In this document: in pieces, positions 48,730-61,704 of the stretch
Numbering within the stretch: the first letter of the stretch is position 1
Layout: the number at the start of each line of letters is the position of its first letter
Source of the DNA: Hemiscyllium ocellatum
Taxonomy: Eukaryota
Assembly (NCBI RefSeq): GCF_020745735.1
Contig: NC_083426.1
Span: forward strand, 44,950,001-45,014,000
Direction of reading: 5' to 3'
DNA: 64,000 bases
The notes under the pieces: model-generated
Database searches by the model: none
Told to the model about the DNA's origin: nothing
The model's input: the letters and a program-made list of their open reading frames with translations, nothing else
Position numbers and translations under genes: made by a program

Positions 48730-48820
48730 CAACAAATGCTGAAGAGTCAGAAGTGGGTCAGATTGCATCCATGGAGAGAGCAAGCTAATGTTTTGAGTCT
48801 AGGCGATTCTTCGTCAGAAT
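48730..48820 (-). mobile_element. PLE pLTR fragment with degenerate hammerhead
   Basis: Minus strand TTCTGACGAAGAATCGCCTAGACTCAAAACATTAGC...CAGCATTTGTT. Confidence 0.65.
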
Positions 48821-48839
48821 GAGGGAGCGATCTTACAAG

Positions 48840-51410
48840 AACTTCATGGAAGACAGATTACTAATATGCAATGAGCTAGCTCCTGTTAGCATTACAGAGG
48901 CTCTGTACAACAGATTCAGCAACAAACCTTAAAGAAGTGGTGATGGAAAGTCGAAAGGTATTCAAGCCTTTTTTTGACAGGAAAGTATATAGTACACCCA
49001 AGGCTGGACCAATGCATACTGGATATTGCGAAGGAAACAATTTTTAAGATGCAGAATTGTTTCAAAGTTAGTTAGTAAGGCTCATGTGGAGCAATGAATA
49101 CAATCCTGTTGTAACATGGCAGATGATTACCAAACAAGGAAACAATGAGATGTTTTAAAACAATTTGCTGGTTGTTTCAACCTCAGTAACAAGCAGATTT
49201 GAGAAAGGTCCAGGTTTAATAAAATCCAGATGAATCAATCAATGATTGCATTAATAATCTTTAGAGGGTTGTTCAGAGATGTGAACATGGAGATTAGAAG
49301 ATAGAATTTATCTGAGACTGGATTGCTGTAAGGTAAGTTTTTCAGCAAGAGTCCTTTTATCATTTTGAAAAGGAAATCCCAAAAATTGTTCAAAGGTCTA
49401 GGAAGATTGAAGACTAATTATATTAGGAAAGGATGTTTCACCTGTATGGTTCCAGTTATTATCCTGATTGTAATCCTTGTATTCTGTGTGAACTTGACTC
49501 AACTCAATAAGGCAATAGAAAGAGAATTTCATTTGATGTCTTCAGTAACTGACAGTTTAGCAAAGTTATCCAAGGATAAACTGCTCACAAAACTTGAAAT
49601 GACTAGTGTCTTTTGCCAGTTTCCTTTGCAGAAGAAACCAGGATACTGACAACAATCATAATTCTATTCAGAAGATTTTGTCTCAGTCATTGGTATAATG
49701 TCAGCACCAGAGGTTTATCGATTAGTAATGTTGAACTAACTTCAAGGGTGTGGTGAGTATGAAGCCATATGGGGCAGATCTTAGCACATGGTAAATCCCT
49801 GAGAGTTAGAGAGGTTCTCAATTGTTTACAGGAAGAAGACCTGAAATCAACAGAGTGTGAATTCTCAAAAGCATCTCTTTGTTTCTTCCAGCACATTTCA
49901 GTGGCAATGGCAGAATGATAGAATCAAGATACGTTAGTAACTTTCCGACTCTTATGCCATTCCAAGGTTTTCAACAATTTCTTAGGTTAGTTCATCAGTT
50001 TCTTTCCCAGTTTGGTGCAGGCACAAGAAACCCTTTAAGGCAATTTCTAAAGAATGAATAAATGTGGTGTTGGAATGGACAACAGAAACAGGCATTTCAA
50101 GGGATCAAGAAAATGTTGACTTCACCAGATAATTCAGCACATTATAATCTTTCAGGACCAATATAATTGCAGCAATTCCATTACCTACTGGACAGTGCTT
50201 TTTTTCAAGAACAGCTAAATGGAAGTCAACAATTAAGCATCTCACTGTTACACACCAAGATGAGATATGCAGTCTTAGAAAAGGAGACTCTCTCAGCCAC
50301 ATGGGCTTGAGGAAAATTGTCAGACTATATCATTGATCTGAAAATGGCCAGAAGGACAGATCAATAGCTCTTAGTTTCCTTGAAATGGTACATGAACAGG
50401 GAAAACTGTAGACACAGTTGCAAGAGCAAACGTAGATAGTCCTTTACAAGAGAACGTTAACTTCAATAAGATATTCTCAATCCAATGATGAAGCTGAACA
50501 AGGATTAGAATCCTAACAGTATGGAGGCAGGCCATTTAGCCCACTGAGTCCACACCGATTCTCCGAAGAGCATTCTGCCCACACTTATTCCCCTAACCCT
50601 GCATTTCCTATGGCTAATCCAAGTAGCCTGCACATCTTTGAACTATGGGCAATTTAGCATGGCCAATCTACCCAACCTGCACATCTTTAGAACACGGGTA
50701 GAACATATAAACTCCACACAGACAGTTGCTGAAATTGAACTGGGATCCTATCGCTGTGAAATAGCAATGTTAGCCACTAAGCCAGCATGCTGCCCCATAA
50801 TTCAAGGCTGTCAAATCACTCTGGAGAAAGAATGAAGATTTCCAAATGGCATTTTTGAATTATATATTTATTCCATTACAATATAAATTAGCATCAGCTG
50901 AATTATTGATGGGAAGAGAGTTTATAACTCAATGTCCTATTCAAGTGAAAACAAAATTACTTCTGCAGCCGGAAGTCCAGATTTATCAGATGGTTGAAGT
51001 CACAGAAAAGTTTTACAGAAAATTAGAAGCCTATAATTACAAAGGAAGCCATCATGGAATCTACTAGAAAAATGGTCAAAAGAATGGGCATGTGATCAAA
51101 ATAGAGCGGGCTTAATCATTCAGAAAGTTGGTAATGGGCAAGATCTTATCAAGAATAAACAGCAGCAGGTACATTAAAGGGAATTAGAAGAAATATGATT
51201 CCAATGCATCAAAGATGTCAAGCAGTCTTATATTTAGATGCATCAGATGTTCAATCTGAAATTCGAGAAAAGCAACTTCCTCCAGATTTTAATGAAAACT
51301 GACCCAGTCCCAAGAATCAAGAGCCACCAGAAAGACTCCTAACGTTTCAGGTCTGTCTGTAACACAACCAGAAACAGGTATGAAATCTGATGGCAGTTTA
51401 ACTTGTGAAG
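48840..51410 (+). mobile_element. Decayed Ty3/Gypsy retrotransposon (gag-pol)
   Basis: LFKGLGRLK, FCVNLTQLNKAIEREFHLMSSV, GIMSAPEVY, ECEFSK, RYAVLEKETLSATWA (RNase H), QSNDEAE and SAELLMGR (integrase). Confidence 0.85.
50505..50796 (-). mobile_element. Older HE1-related SINE inserted in Gypsy integrase
   Basis: GGGCAATTTAGCATGGCCAAT...AACTCCACACAGACAG. Confidence 0.8.
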
Positions 51411-53180
51411 TCAGTGATTTGGGGAAGATAGGAGCAGTATAGAAATGTCAATTTAAAAATGAATGTATGTGAAGCAATAATAAAGACAAAGACTTGGAAG
51501 AGTTTTTGTATAAATGTCTGAAAAGCCCCGGAGAGGGTGAATATCTAGAGAAGTATGCGTAACAATACCTACTGTGATGGGATGGACGCAGTGTGATGAG
51601 GGAAACATCTTGCGTGGACTTCATCAGAATCAAATATATAACAATGTTGTCAGTGTAGTTTGCAAGTTTGCAATAAATTAGTTTCTGTTAACATGACAGA
51701 TGACTCTGTAATCTCTTCCAGTTAGACACAAGCGATGGATTGACTTTACCCTACCCCCTTACCACATTCAGTTGAGACATGACCACTCTGTTATTGATGA
51801 GAATCAAAAACGGTTATATTTGAAGGTATACAAGGAAATTATAATTCTGCTCCAGTAGCTGTTAGGCAAGCAAAATACAAACAAGTTATTGGTGCTAGCA
51901 TTAAAAATAAAGCCAGAGTCCCTCAAAGTCAAATGACTATTGGGGACATAAAATTATTAAAACCTTCATTTTTTTTTCAAACTGCATTTAGGTTATTTTG
52001 TTAAATATATGCTGCATTTATGTAAACTTTCAATTGTCCTGTTCACTGCAGTAGTACATAATGATCAATGTAAAATGATGTGCATTAATATTCTCATTGC
52101 ATTGTGATGCTTTTTAACCATGTATACTTCACCTCTCCCCGACATGGAAAACTGGCATTTTATGCAGATTAATAATGGTTGCAGGAATGCAGAAACACAA
52201 AAGTGTACAAAATGAGCCTTTGAATTTCATAGTTCACCGTCATGAAGATATCTGTAAAAATGGATAAATCCAAAGCAATAATCTGCTCGATGTGAATCTG
52301 ATTGCTCAGACAACTAAAATACGTGACTGTACTGCATAATGGTGTTAATAGAAAGTTTCTGAACTTTTTACTTTAAAAACAGGGTAGTAAAGTGGCAAGA
52401 CAAACTAGAAATTAGCTAGGGGCATATCACCAACGTTAATCATGAGTTAATTCCTCAGCTGAGCACACATGGACAAAGAGTCAATAAGAGTGATAGAGTC
52501 AGATAGCAGGAAAAGTAGCCCTTCAGCCCATCTCGTCTATGCCGACCAAGCTTCCTAAACTGAACTAGTCATATTTGCTAGTGTTTTTCCCATATCCCTC
52601 TAAACCTTTCCAATCCATGTGCCTATCAAAATCTTTTAAATATTGTAACTGTTCCCACCTCTACCACTTCCTCTGTCAGCTCATTCCATATGTGCACCAC
52701 CCTCTGTGTGAAAAAATTGCCCCTCCGGTCCCTTTAAATCTTTCCCCTCCCACCTTAAGCATAGGCCCTTTAGTTTTGGACTCCCTTATGTTGGGGAAAC
52801 AAATTTGAATATTCACCTTATCTAAGGCACCCCCCATGATTTTATGGACCTCTATAAGGTCATGTTTCAGCCTCTGACACAACAAGGAAAAACGTCCTAT
52901 CATATCCAGCCTCTCCTTATAACTCAAACTTTCTAGGCTTGTAAAATCCTTATAAATCTTTTTTGCACACTTTCCAGTTTAGTAACATCCTTTTTATAAC
53001 AGGGTGACCAGAATAGCATGCAGTACTCCAAATGTGGCCTTACCAATGTCCTGGACAGCTGTAACATGATCTCCCAACTACTGTAAGTAAAAAGTGAGAT
53101 CTGCAGATGCTGGAGATCAGAGCTGAAAATGTGTTGCTGGTTAAAGCACAGCAGGTTAGGCAGCATCCAAGGAGCAGGAA

Positions 53181-53216
53181 ATTCGACGTTTCGGGCTAAA
53201 GCCCTTCATCAGGAAT
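53181..53216 (-). ncRNA. Intact minimal type I hammerhead ribozyme motif
   Basis: ATTC-CTGATGA-A-GGGC TTTA GCCC-GAAAC-GTC-GAAT. Confidence 0.85.
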
Positions 53217-53367
53217 GAGGAAAGTGTGTCCAGCAGGCTAAGATAAAAGGTAGGGAGGAGGGACTTGGGGGAGGGGCGATGGAGATGTGATAGGTGGAAG
53301 GAGGTCAAGGTGAGGGTGATAGGTCGGAGTGGGGTGGGGGCGGAGAGGTCAGGAAGAGAATTGCAGG

Positions 53368-54779
53368 TTAGGAGGGCGGTGCTGAGTTCGAGGGAATCGA
53401 CTGAGACAAGGTGGGGGGAGGGGAAATGAGGAAACTGGAGAAATCTGAGTTCATCCCTTGTGGTTGGAGGGTTCCCAGGCGGAAGATGAGGTGCTCTTCC
53501 TCCAACCGTCGTGTTGTTATGTTCTGGCAATGGAGGAGTCCAAGGACCTGCATGTCCTTGGTGGAGTGGGAGGGAGAGTTAAAGTGTTGAGCCACTGGGT
53601 GGTTGGGTTGGTCGGTCCGAGAGTCCCAGAGGTGTTCCCTGAAGCGTTCCGCAAGTAGGCGGCCTGTCTCCCCACTATAGAGGAGGCCACATAGGATGCA
53701 GCGGATGCAATAGATGATGTGTGTGGAGGTGCAGGTGAATTTGTGGCAGATATGGAAGGATCCCTTGGGGCCTTGGAGAGAAGTAAGGGAGGAGGTGTGG
53801 GCGCAAGTTTTGCACTTCCTACAGTTGCAGGGGAAGGTGCTGGGAGTGGAGGTTGGGTTGGTGGGGGGTGTGGACCTGACGAGGGAGTCACGAAGGGAGT
53901 GGTCTTTGCGGAACGCTGATAGGGGAGGGGAGGGAAATATATCCCTGATGGTGGGGTCCGTTTGGAGGTGGAGGAAATGATGGCGGATGATACGCTGTAT
54001 ACGGAGGTTGATGGGGTGGTAGGTGAGAACCAGTGGGGTTCTGTCCTGGTGGCGGTTGGAGGGGCGGGGCTCAAGGGCAGAGGAGCGGGAAGTAGAGGAG
54101 ATGCGGTGGAGGGCATCGTCGATCACGTCTGGGGGGAATCTGCGGTCCTTGAAGAAGGAGGCCATCTGGGCTGTGCGGTGTTGGAACTGGTCCTCCTGGG
54201 AGCAGATGCAGCGGAGACGAAGGAATTGGGAATATGGGATGGCGTTTTTACAGGGGGCAGGGTGGGAGGAGATGTAGTCCAGGTAGCTGTGGGAGTCAGT
54301 CGGTTTATAGTAGATGTCTGTGCTGATTCGGTCACCCGAGATAGAAATGGAAAGGTCTAGGAAGGTGAGGGAGGAGTCTGAGACAGTCCAGGTGAATTTG
54401 AGGTCGGGATGGAAGGTGTTGGTAAAGTTGATGAACTGTTCAACCTCCTCGTGGGAGATCGAGGCAGCGCCGATACAGTCATCGATGTAGCGGAGGAAAA
54501 GGTGGGGGGTGGTGCCAGTGTAGTTGCGAAGAGACAGGCATAGCTGGGGCCCATGCGGGTGCCCATGGCAACTCCTTTAGTTTGGAGGAAGTGGGAGGAT
54601 TGGAAAGAGAAGTTATTCAGGGTGAGGACCAGTTCAGTCAGTCGAAGGAGGGTGTCAATGGAAGGGTACTGGTTGGTGCGGCGGGAAAGGAAGAAGCGGA
54701 GGGCTTTGAGTCCTTTGTGACGGGGGACGGATGACCATAGAGAAGATAAGGCGTTGGGGACCGGGGAAACGAAAATCAT
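53368..54779 (-). pseudogene. PLE RT-GIY-YIG ORF remnant
   Basis: Open from about 54525 to 53368; a 28-bp frameshifting deletion near 54528 relative to the 7.3-kb copy; YIG changed to YSG. Confidence 0.88.
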
Positions 54780-55353
54780 GGAGGAGATGGAAGGTGTGGG
54801 TGGTGTCCCGAACGTAGGTGGGGAGTTCTTAGACTAAAGGGGACAGAACCGTGTCGAGGTTCTCCCAACTACTGTACTCAATGCTCTGACTGTTGAAGTC
54901 AAGCATACCAAAGGCCTTCACCACCCTGTCTATCTGTGCTGCTACTTTCTAAGAACTATGTACCTGCACCCCAAGGTCTCTCTGTTCATCGTGACTTCTC
55001 AGGGCCCTACCATTAACTATGTACATCCTGCCCTGGCTTGTCTTTACCAAACTCCAACACCTCACCTTTATCTAAATTAAGCTCCATCTGCTATTCCTCG
55101 GCTCACTAGCCCAGTTGACCAAATCCCATTGCAGTCTTAAATAATCTTCTTCACTCTCCACTATACCACCACAAGCTTACTAATCATACGTCCCATATCT
55201 TCATCCAACAAGTTCAGACATTGTAAATGCATTGTGCATTGACACTCTAGTCTTACCTGGGTATCTGCAGCTGCAAAAGGTGTAAAGAAGCTGAAGAGCA
55301 TCTTGGAAACAGCAGCAAACTGACCAATGCTCTTCCCACTACAGTTCTAAGAA

Positions 55354-55430
55354 TGAGCCATTGCCAATAAAAGCTTAACTTTGTTTCTCTCTCCACAGAT
55401 CCTGCCAGACCTTTTGAGTTTTGGCTTTGT
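55354..55430 (+). mobile_element. Degenerate PLE pLTR fragment
   Basis: AGTTCTAAGAA...AAAGCTTAACTTTGTTTCTCTCTCCACAGATCCTGCCAGAC. Confidence 0.5.
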
Positions 55431-55479
55431 TGTGTCTTCTCACATGGGCACAAAATGAATTGCTATGACTCAGCAACTG

Positions 55480-55800
55480 GGTGACACACATGGTTGCTCA
55501 ATGGTTAGCACTGCAGCCTCACAATGCCAAGGACCTGGGTTCAGTTCCAGCTTCGGGTGACTGTCTGAGTTGGTTTTGCACATTCTCCCCATGTCTGTGT
55601 GGGTTTCCTCCCACAGTCCAAAGATGTGCAGGTTAAGTGGATTGGCCATGCTAACTTGCCCTGTAGTGTCCAGGGATGTGCAGACTCCATGGGTTAACCA
55701 TGGGAAATGCAGGGCTACAGGGATAGGGTGGGTCTGTGGGGGTTGCCCTTCAGAGGGTCAGTGTGAACTCAATGGCTTGCTTCTACACTGTCAGGATTAT
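55480..55800 (+). mobile_element. Older HE1-related SINE
   Basis: GGTTAGCACTGCAGCCTCAC...TTTGCACATTCTCCCCATGTCTG. Confidence 0.85.
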
Positions 55801-57000
55801 TTGAATGTCATTTCAACAGTGTGTGCTTTGCCCAGTTCCATAATCAGTATCATTGTGAGAGGCAAGAAGACCTTTGTCTGGGACGATCACGACCTGAGCT
55901 CCTCTTTGATGTCTGCTTTTCCTTTATCACACGGTCGACTTCCAGGCCTGCCCCATTATGGGAGCACCAGAACTTGACATGAGAAACTAAGGCTGATGCA
56001 TCTCCACAGCCTTGCCCAATGTTCCCTTTATCTCACAGAAATGGTGCTTGCAGAGTGAACAAGTTACGTGGTATCAGCATTTATGCAGCAGCTAACGCTA
56101 TAAGCCAGATTTTCGCTGAATTGTGGAGATCAAAAAGCTTTCAAATAACAGCAGGACTTGAGCGTGGAAGTTTCATCCCATTCCCGATAGAATGTACTTG
56201 CTGATAGGAAAAGGGGAGTGGGATGTGACTCCCAATGAGGGTAGCACCAACTCATCAAGGCCATTTGATCTCAGTGCTGAGTAAAACAACAGACCCCATT
56301 CTTGCTCCTGGCAAGGAGATTAGTGTGTCGTGTGGAAGTCGCGAATTTATGGCATAGGTATAATTGTACTCAAAACGGAGATACCATCATTATAACTGTC
56401 ACGTTGTGAAGTTAATTGAATCACCAGCCTTTAAAACATGAACAAAAACAGACTACAGGTGACGGTGATAGTATAACAAATTTTAACTAATGTTTAACTT
56501 CAGCAGTCCCAGTTGCTTGTTTGTTTTCTTAAAATATGTTTTATTTTACTATCAAAGCTATCTTGTGGAATCTGCTGAAAATGTACATATCCAAAGGTGT
56601 GTGCAGCTTGTTCCTGGAGCAGATAATCCTTTATTTACACTTTTCAAAACTTCTGAATTGTCCAAAAGCACCTTACTGCTATTTACCTGTAGTGTGCACA
56701 TTATTGCAATGTAGGGAGGAACAGATTGCTCTCAGTTGTCTGGAATAAAATAAATACTTTTATTATGAGATATGAACATTGCTGGCAAGGTCAACCTTTA
56801 GTTGTCCCAGAGCAACCCTTGAAAATATGGTGATGAGCCTCTTCTTCAAACACTGCCTGTGCTGGTGTAGGTAGAGCTATAGCTCAGTTCAGGAAGGGGA
56901 TCCCAGATTTTGACACAGTGACAGTGAAGGAATGAAGATATAATTAAATTTGTTTGGCAGCAGGAGTCTTCATCCATCTGCTGCACTTATTATACTATGA

Positions 57001-57312
57001 GATGGCACAGTGGTTAGCACTGCTGCCGCACAGCGCTAGAGACCCGGGTTCAATTCCCGCCTCGGGCGACTCTCTGTGTGGAGTTTGCACATTCTCCCCA
57101 TGTCTGCGTGGGATTCCTCCGGGTGCTCCGGTTTCCTCCCACAATCCAAAAAGTGTGCAGGTTAGGTGAATTGGCCATGCTAAATTGCCCGTAGTGTTAG
57201 GTGAAGTGGTAAATGTAGGGGAATGGGTCTGGGTGGGTTGCACTTCGGCAGGTCGGTGTGGACTTGTTGGGCCGAAGGGCCTTTTTCCACACTGTAAGTT
57301 ATCTAATCTAAT
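57001..57312 (+). mobile_element. HE1-type V-SINE
   Basis: A/B boxes, V-domain, ATCTA tail. Confidence 0.95.
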
Positions 57313-57989
57313 TTGGGGTTTGGGTAGGCATTATCAAAGGAGACTTACTGAGTTTGTACAGTCCATCTTGTATATGATACAAATTGTTGCCACTGTGTAT
57401 TGGTAGTGGAGGAAAACAATGTTTAAGGTAATAGAAATAGGGTGCTTATCAAGCACAATGATTTTATCAAGTGTAATGCTTTGTCGTAGGTGTTGCCAAG
57501 TTTCATTGTTTTGGAGCTGCATTCATCTAGGCATGTCGGGAGAAATGACTTCTGATTTTGTAGATAGTGGACAGGTTTTGGGGAGTCAGGGGGTGAGTTA
57601 CTTGTTATGGACCAGGCCAGAACCCCCCTCAAAACCAGTTTTTTGTAAATACATTTATTCACAATTTTTTTTCACTTTACAAACATATAAATGTTTTGAA
57701 AAATACAATCAATAACAAATATCAGTATAATAAAAAGAAAAATTACAAATTACAATATAACTGCTGCCTACTAACTACTAACCTACCCTTTTATATAAAA
57801 CAAACCCAAACACTGTGCAAAGCAACACCAATAAATAAGGAAATAACTAGTAGATCAAAAAAAAAGCAAAAAAAGCAAACTCCCAAACAAAGGAACGGGA
57901 GCATTTTATAAATCCCCGTATTAACTCAGGAGACCCCCTCCAGGGCCTAGGGCTCGACAAACCTAACCATCCTGGTTAAACAAATGGGT

Positions 57990-60900
57990 TAAACAAATCA
58001 GTTAAGATAACTGATAAGTCTATATCCAAATAACTCAAGTAGTCTGTTGTGCAGTGCACCATGTTTGTAAAAAAAAGTCCAAGGGAATGTGCTCCATAAT
58101 TAATTTCTGCCATCCCAGCAAGCCCAGCGGGTTCTCAGACACCCAGTTCATCAGAATATTCCTCTGTGCACAGTATGCAAGAATATTCAATAGTTTCTTC
58201 CCATGCCCGTCTAAAGATGGTAAATTCGGTAGACCTAAGAGGAGAGATATTGGGTCTACTTTGACTTCAGTCCTCAATACCCTCCCTATTTCTCCCGCCA
58301 CCGTGCTCCAATAAACACGGAGCCTGTTGCATGTCCAGAAGCAATGGGTAAGAGTACCTACACTTACTTTACATTGGGGGCACACTGAAGATGCCCCTTT
58401 TTTAAACTTCGCCTCATGGTTTAGTGTCAGATGAACCTTGTGCAGAACTTTTAACTGTGTAGCACGTCCTAGTACAGATTGAGATCTTTCAAGCATTCTC
58501 CAATATGTTCTCCCATGTTTCAGAAGAGATCTCTACTCCTAGCTCTTGCTCCCAGACCCCACATAACTGGTTAATAAACTGCTAGGCCCTGCCAGCTAGC
58601 AGGCGATAGAGGGCACTAACCGAAAGGGTGCTTGTGGAACATAGTAACAACCTCTCTGTATTGGGCTTATCGGGCTTAGTGAGAAGCATTGTCTTCTTCT
58701 GAATGAAATCCCTAAACTGAAAAAAATGGAAAAGATCTCTGCTGGGCAACCCGTATTTGCAGCTCAGTTCCTCAAAAGACATCATAACTCCCCCTTAAAA
58801 AAGTCTCCCAAACTAGAAATCCTCTCGCTGCCCATAGTGTGAACCCGGAGAAGTCGGAACCCTGGCATGCCCACTATAGGCATAAGTGACAAAGTCTTGG
58901 ATAAACAACCCTCAGTCTGACACATCGCCCTCCATGCCTTGACTGTACTAATGACAATGCAGTTCTGGCAGTGATCCATAACTACCCTTATCTTATCCAT
59001 GAACAACAGGTTAATAAGAGGGCACTTTGCCTGAGAGGCCTCAATATTCAGCCATATTGAGTTCGGAACGTTACCTACCCAATCACAGACAAAGAACAGC
59101 AGGGAACTCAATTGATATCTCTTGATGTCTGGGAAATCAACTGCTCCCCCTCCTTGAGGCAATTGTAATTTAGTGAGTTTGATGAGGGGCCACCCACGAT
59201 GCCAGACAAAGGAACCAAACCATCCCATAAGCTTCCGCAGTGTTGACCTGTGAAACATTATAGGGAGCATACGCATGGGATAAAGCAAATGAGGAAGGGC
59301 ATTCATCTTAAATGAAATTGGAAGAGCCTCCCATCTCTGGAGATCTCGCCTAATATTGTCGAGCAAGTCAGCAAAGTTAGATCGAAATAACAGATCAAAC
59401 GTGTGGGTAATAAAAATGCCTAGGTTTTGGAACCCTGCCTGTGACCACTTAAAAGGGAACTTAGGACCACCTTCAACTTCTGGCATAGCCTCCGATTTCG
59501 CAAAGTTAATCTTACATCCTGAAATGGCCCTCAATGAATTGATCCATTGTATCAATTGGGGTACGGAGGTCATCGAGTGCGATAAAAATAGAAGGACATT
59601 AGCTGCATACAGAGTAATCATGTGTGCCCTTGATCCCACTTCCGGAGTGGTTATGTGGACGTTGTGACAAATGGCCTCTGCCAGCAGCTCTACCACCAAC
59701 GTAAACAACAACGGTGAGAGGGGCAGCCTCGCCGACTACCCCTACCAATCCTAAAATTCCCAGACTTCACCCCGTTGGTGATGACCGCGGCCAGAGAGTG
59801 GCGATATAAAACCTCCATCCACCTAGCAACGACCCCACCCAACCCAAACTGTTCTAAGATATAAAAACGATACGGCCATTCCACCCGGTCAAATGCTTTC
59901 TCTGCATCTAAGGAAATCACCAACCCCTGAATCGATCATTTCTGACAAATCTGGACCATATTCAGCAATCTTCTAATATTATTAGAGGATCTACAGCCCC
60001 TTATAAAGTCTGTCTAGTTCTCTTTAACAATATGGGATAACATCTTTTCCAATCTTATTCCAGGATCTTAGACAGAATCTTGAAATCTGAATTTAATAGT
60101 GACATGAGCCTGTATGCGGCATAATCCTCAGGAACCTTCCCCTTATTAAGAATTAAGGAAATATTAGCTTCTCTCAAAGATGGTGGTTGGCATTCATGCA
60201 TGTAGGAGTGATTGTACATCTCCAACATCAGCCCTGACAGAATCCCTATAAACTCCTTATAAAACTCACCCGGGAGACCATCGGTGACAGGCGCTTTCCC
60301 ACTCTGCAGTTGCCTAACTGCCTCCTGTATTTCCTAAACAGTCAAGGAGGGCACTAAGGAGAGAGGCCTGTTCCAAGGTTACGTCTGGGAGACGCAGGTT
60401 CTTAAAAAAGACCTCCATTTTAACCTTCCTGTCCTGGCAATCTTTAGACTGATACAATTCAGAGTAAAAACTCAAAAAAGCCTCATTAATCATTTTAGCA
60501 ACATATGTAAGGACCCCGGTGCTGTCTCTGCAGCAATGGATTGGTAAGCACGCTTTTTCCTAGTCAGGGTATGCTCAATACTTCTCTGGCCTATCCCCAT
60601 ATTCGAACAGCCTCTGTCTAGTAAAAGCAAGTTCTTTCTTTGCCTTTTTGTGTCAGCATTGAATTCAAGGCAGCCTGGAGGGCCGTGATCCGCTGTAGCT
60701 TGGTCAGCGAAGGCCGTGGAAAATGTGCCACCTCAGTAGTTTTCAACCACATCTCAAGGAGACGCTGCTGTTCCTCCTTCTGTCATTTCTGGCTAGCCAA
60801 ATAGGGAATAGCTAATCCCCTAGCAAATGCCTTAGCGGTCTCCCATAGCAAAGATGGACTACTGGCTGTGCCCGAGTTGATAGTCAAGAATTCCTGAAAC

Positions 60901-61704
60901 TCCTTCAAAAAGTATTCCACAAATTTGGAACCTTAAGGAGAAAAGGGTCCAAATGCCATTGATGCAAACCTAGCCCCTTACTCTTGGTCTTCATTTCCAA
61001 CTATACCACCACGTGATCAGAGATAGCTGTATTCCCAATTTTACAACCTATAATCGAATCCAAAAGGGCCGAGGGAGCCAGAAAGAGATCAATCCTCATG
61101 TGGCATTTATGTGGGTTTGGAAAAAAGGTGAAGTCCCTGCCAGTAGGTTGAAGACTTCTCCAAATATCCACCAGCTCCAACTCTACACATAAGTCAACCA
61201 CCTACTTGGCCTGCAAAGAAATAGTTGGGGGCCCACTAGGCATCCTGTCCACTGTTGGATCCAAAAGACAATTAAAATCCCCCCCCCCCCATAATAATGT
61301 GCCGTGTTCCAAAAGCACTCAGCTTAGAGAAAGTACTTATCAAAAATTTGATGGGATGCGTCAGAAGACAGCAGACATTTAAAATGCCATATTCCTCCCC
61401 ATGTATCAGGGCTTTAAGTGTCACATCCCTGCTCATCTTTCATCTGCTCTAATAATGTGAACAGAAGATTTTTCTGGATAAGCACTGCCACTCCCCTACT
61501 TTTAGTAGTAAAGGATGAAAAGAATACCCGGTCATAACACCCCTGTTGTAATTTCAGGTGTTCCCCATCATCAAGATGGGTTTCCTGCAACAAAGCGATA
61601 TCAACCCTTTCCCTCTTAAGGCTAGAAAGCACTTTTTTCCTTTTAACAGGCAAATGACTTCCCTTGATGTTCCAGGTGCACCATTTAATAAGACATTTAG
61701 CCAT
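57990..61704 (-). pseudogene. L1 ORF2 (APE endonuclease, RT, Cys domain), multiply frameshifted
   Basis: WNIKG...DIALLQETHL, RIDLFL...ISDH, SLDAEKAFDRVEWPY, LYAANVLLFL (YADD lost), CPQCKVSVGTLTHCFWTC. Confidence 0.92.

Larger units (their letters stand above)
53086..54860 (-). mobile_element. Penelope-like element (Neptune type), 5'-truncated, with complete pLTR
   Basis: RT, Cys linker and GIY-YIG domains; exact 16-bp TSD TCTCCCAACTACTGTA (53070-53085 / 54861-54876). Confidence 0.96.
52488..55215 (-). mobile_element. CR1 split by a Penelope element
   Basis: SYKERLDMIG and LVRPHLEYCMLFWSPCYKKD; resumes after 54861. Confidence 0.88.

Noticed and set aside
55252-55350. Minus-strand exon ending CCAG|GTAAG
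   Set aside because: The nearest acceptors give 8- or 14-nt exons, and there is no coding signal or partner exon.
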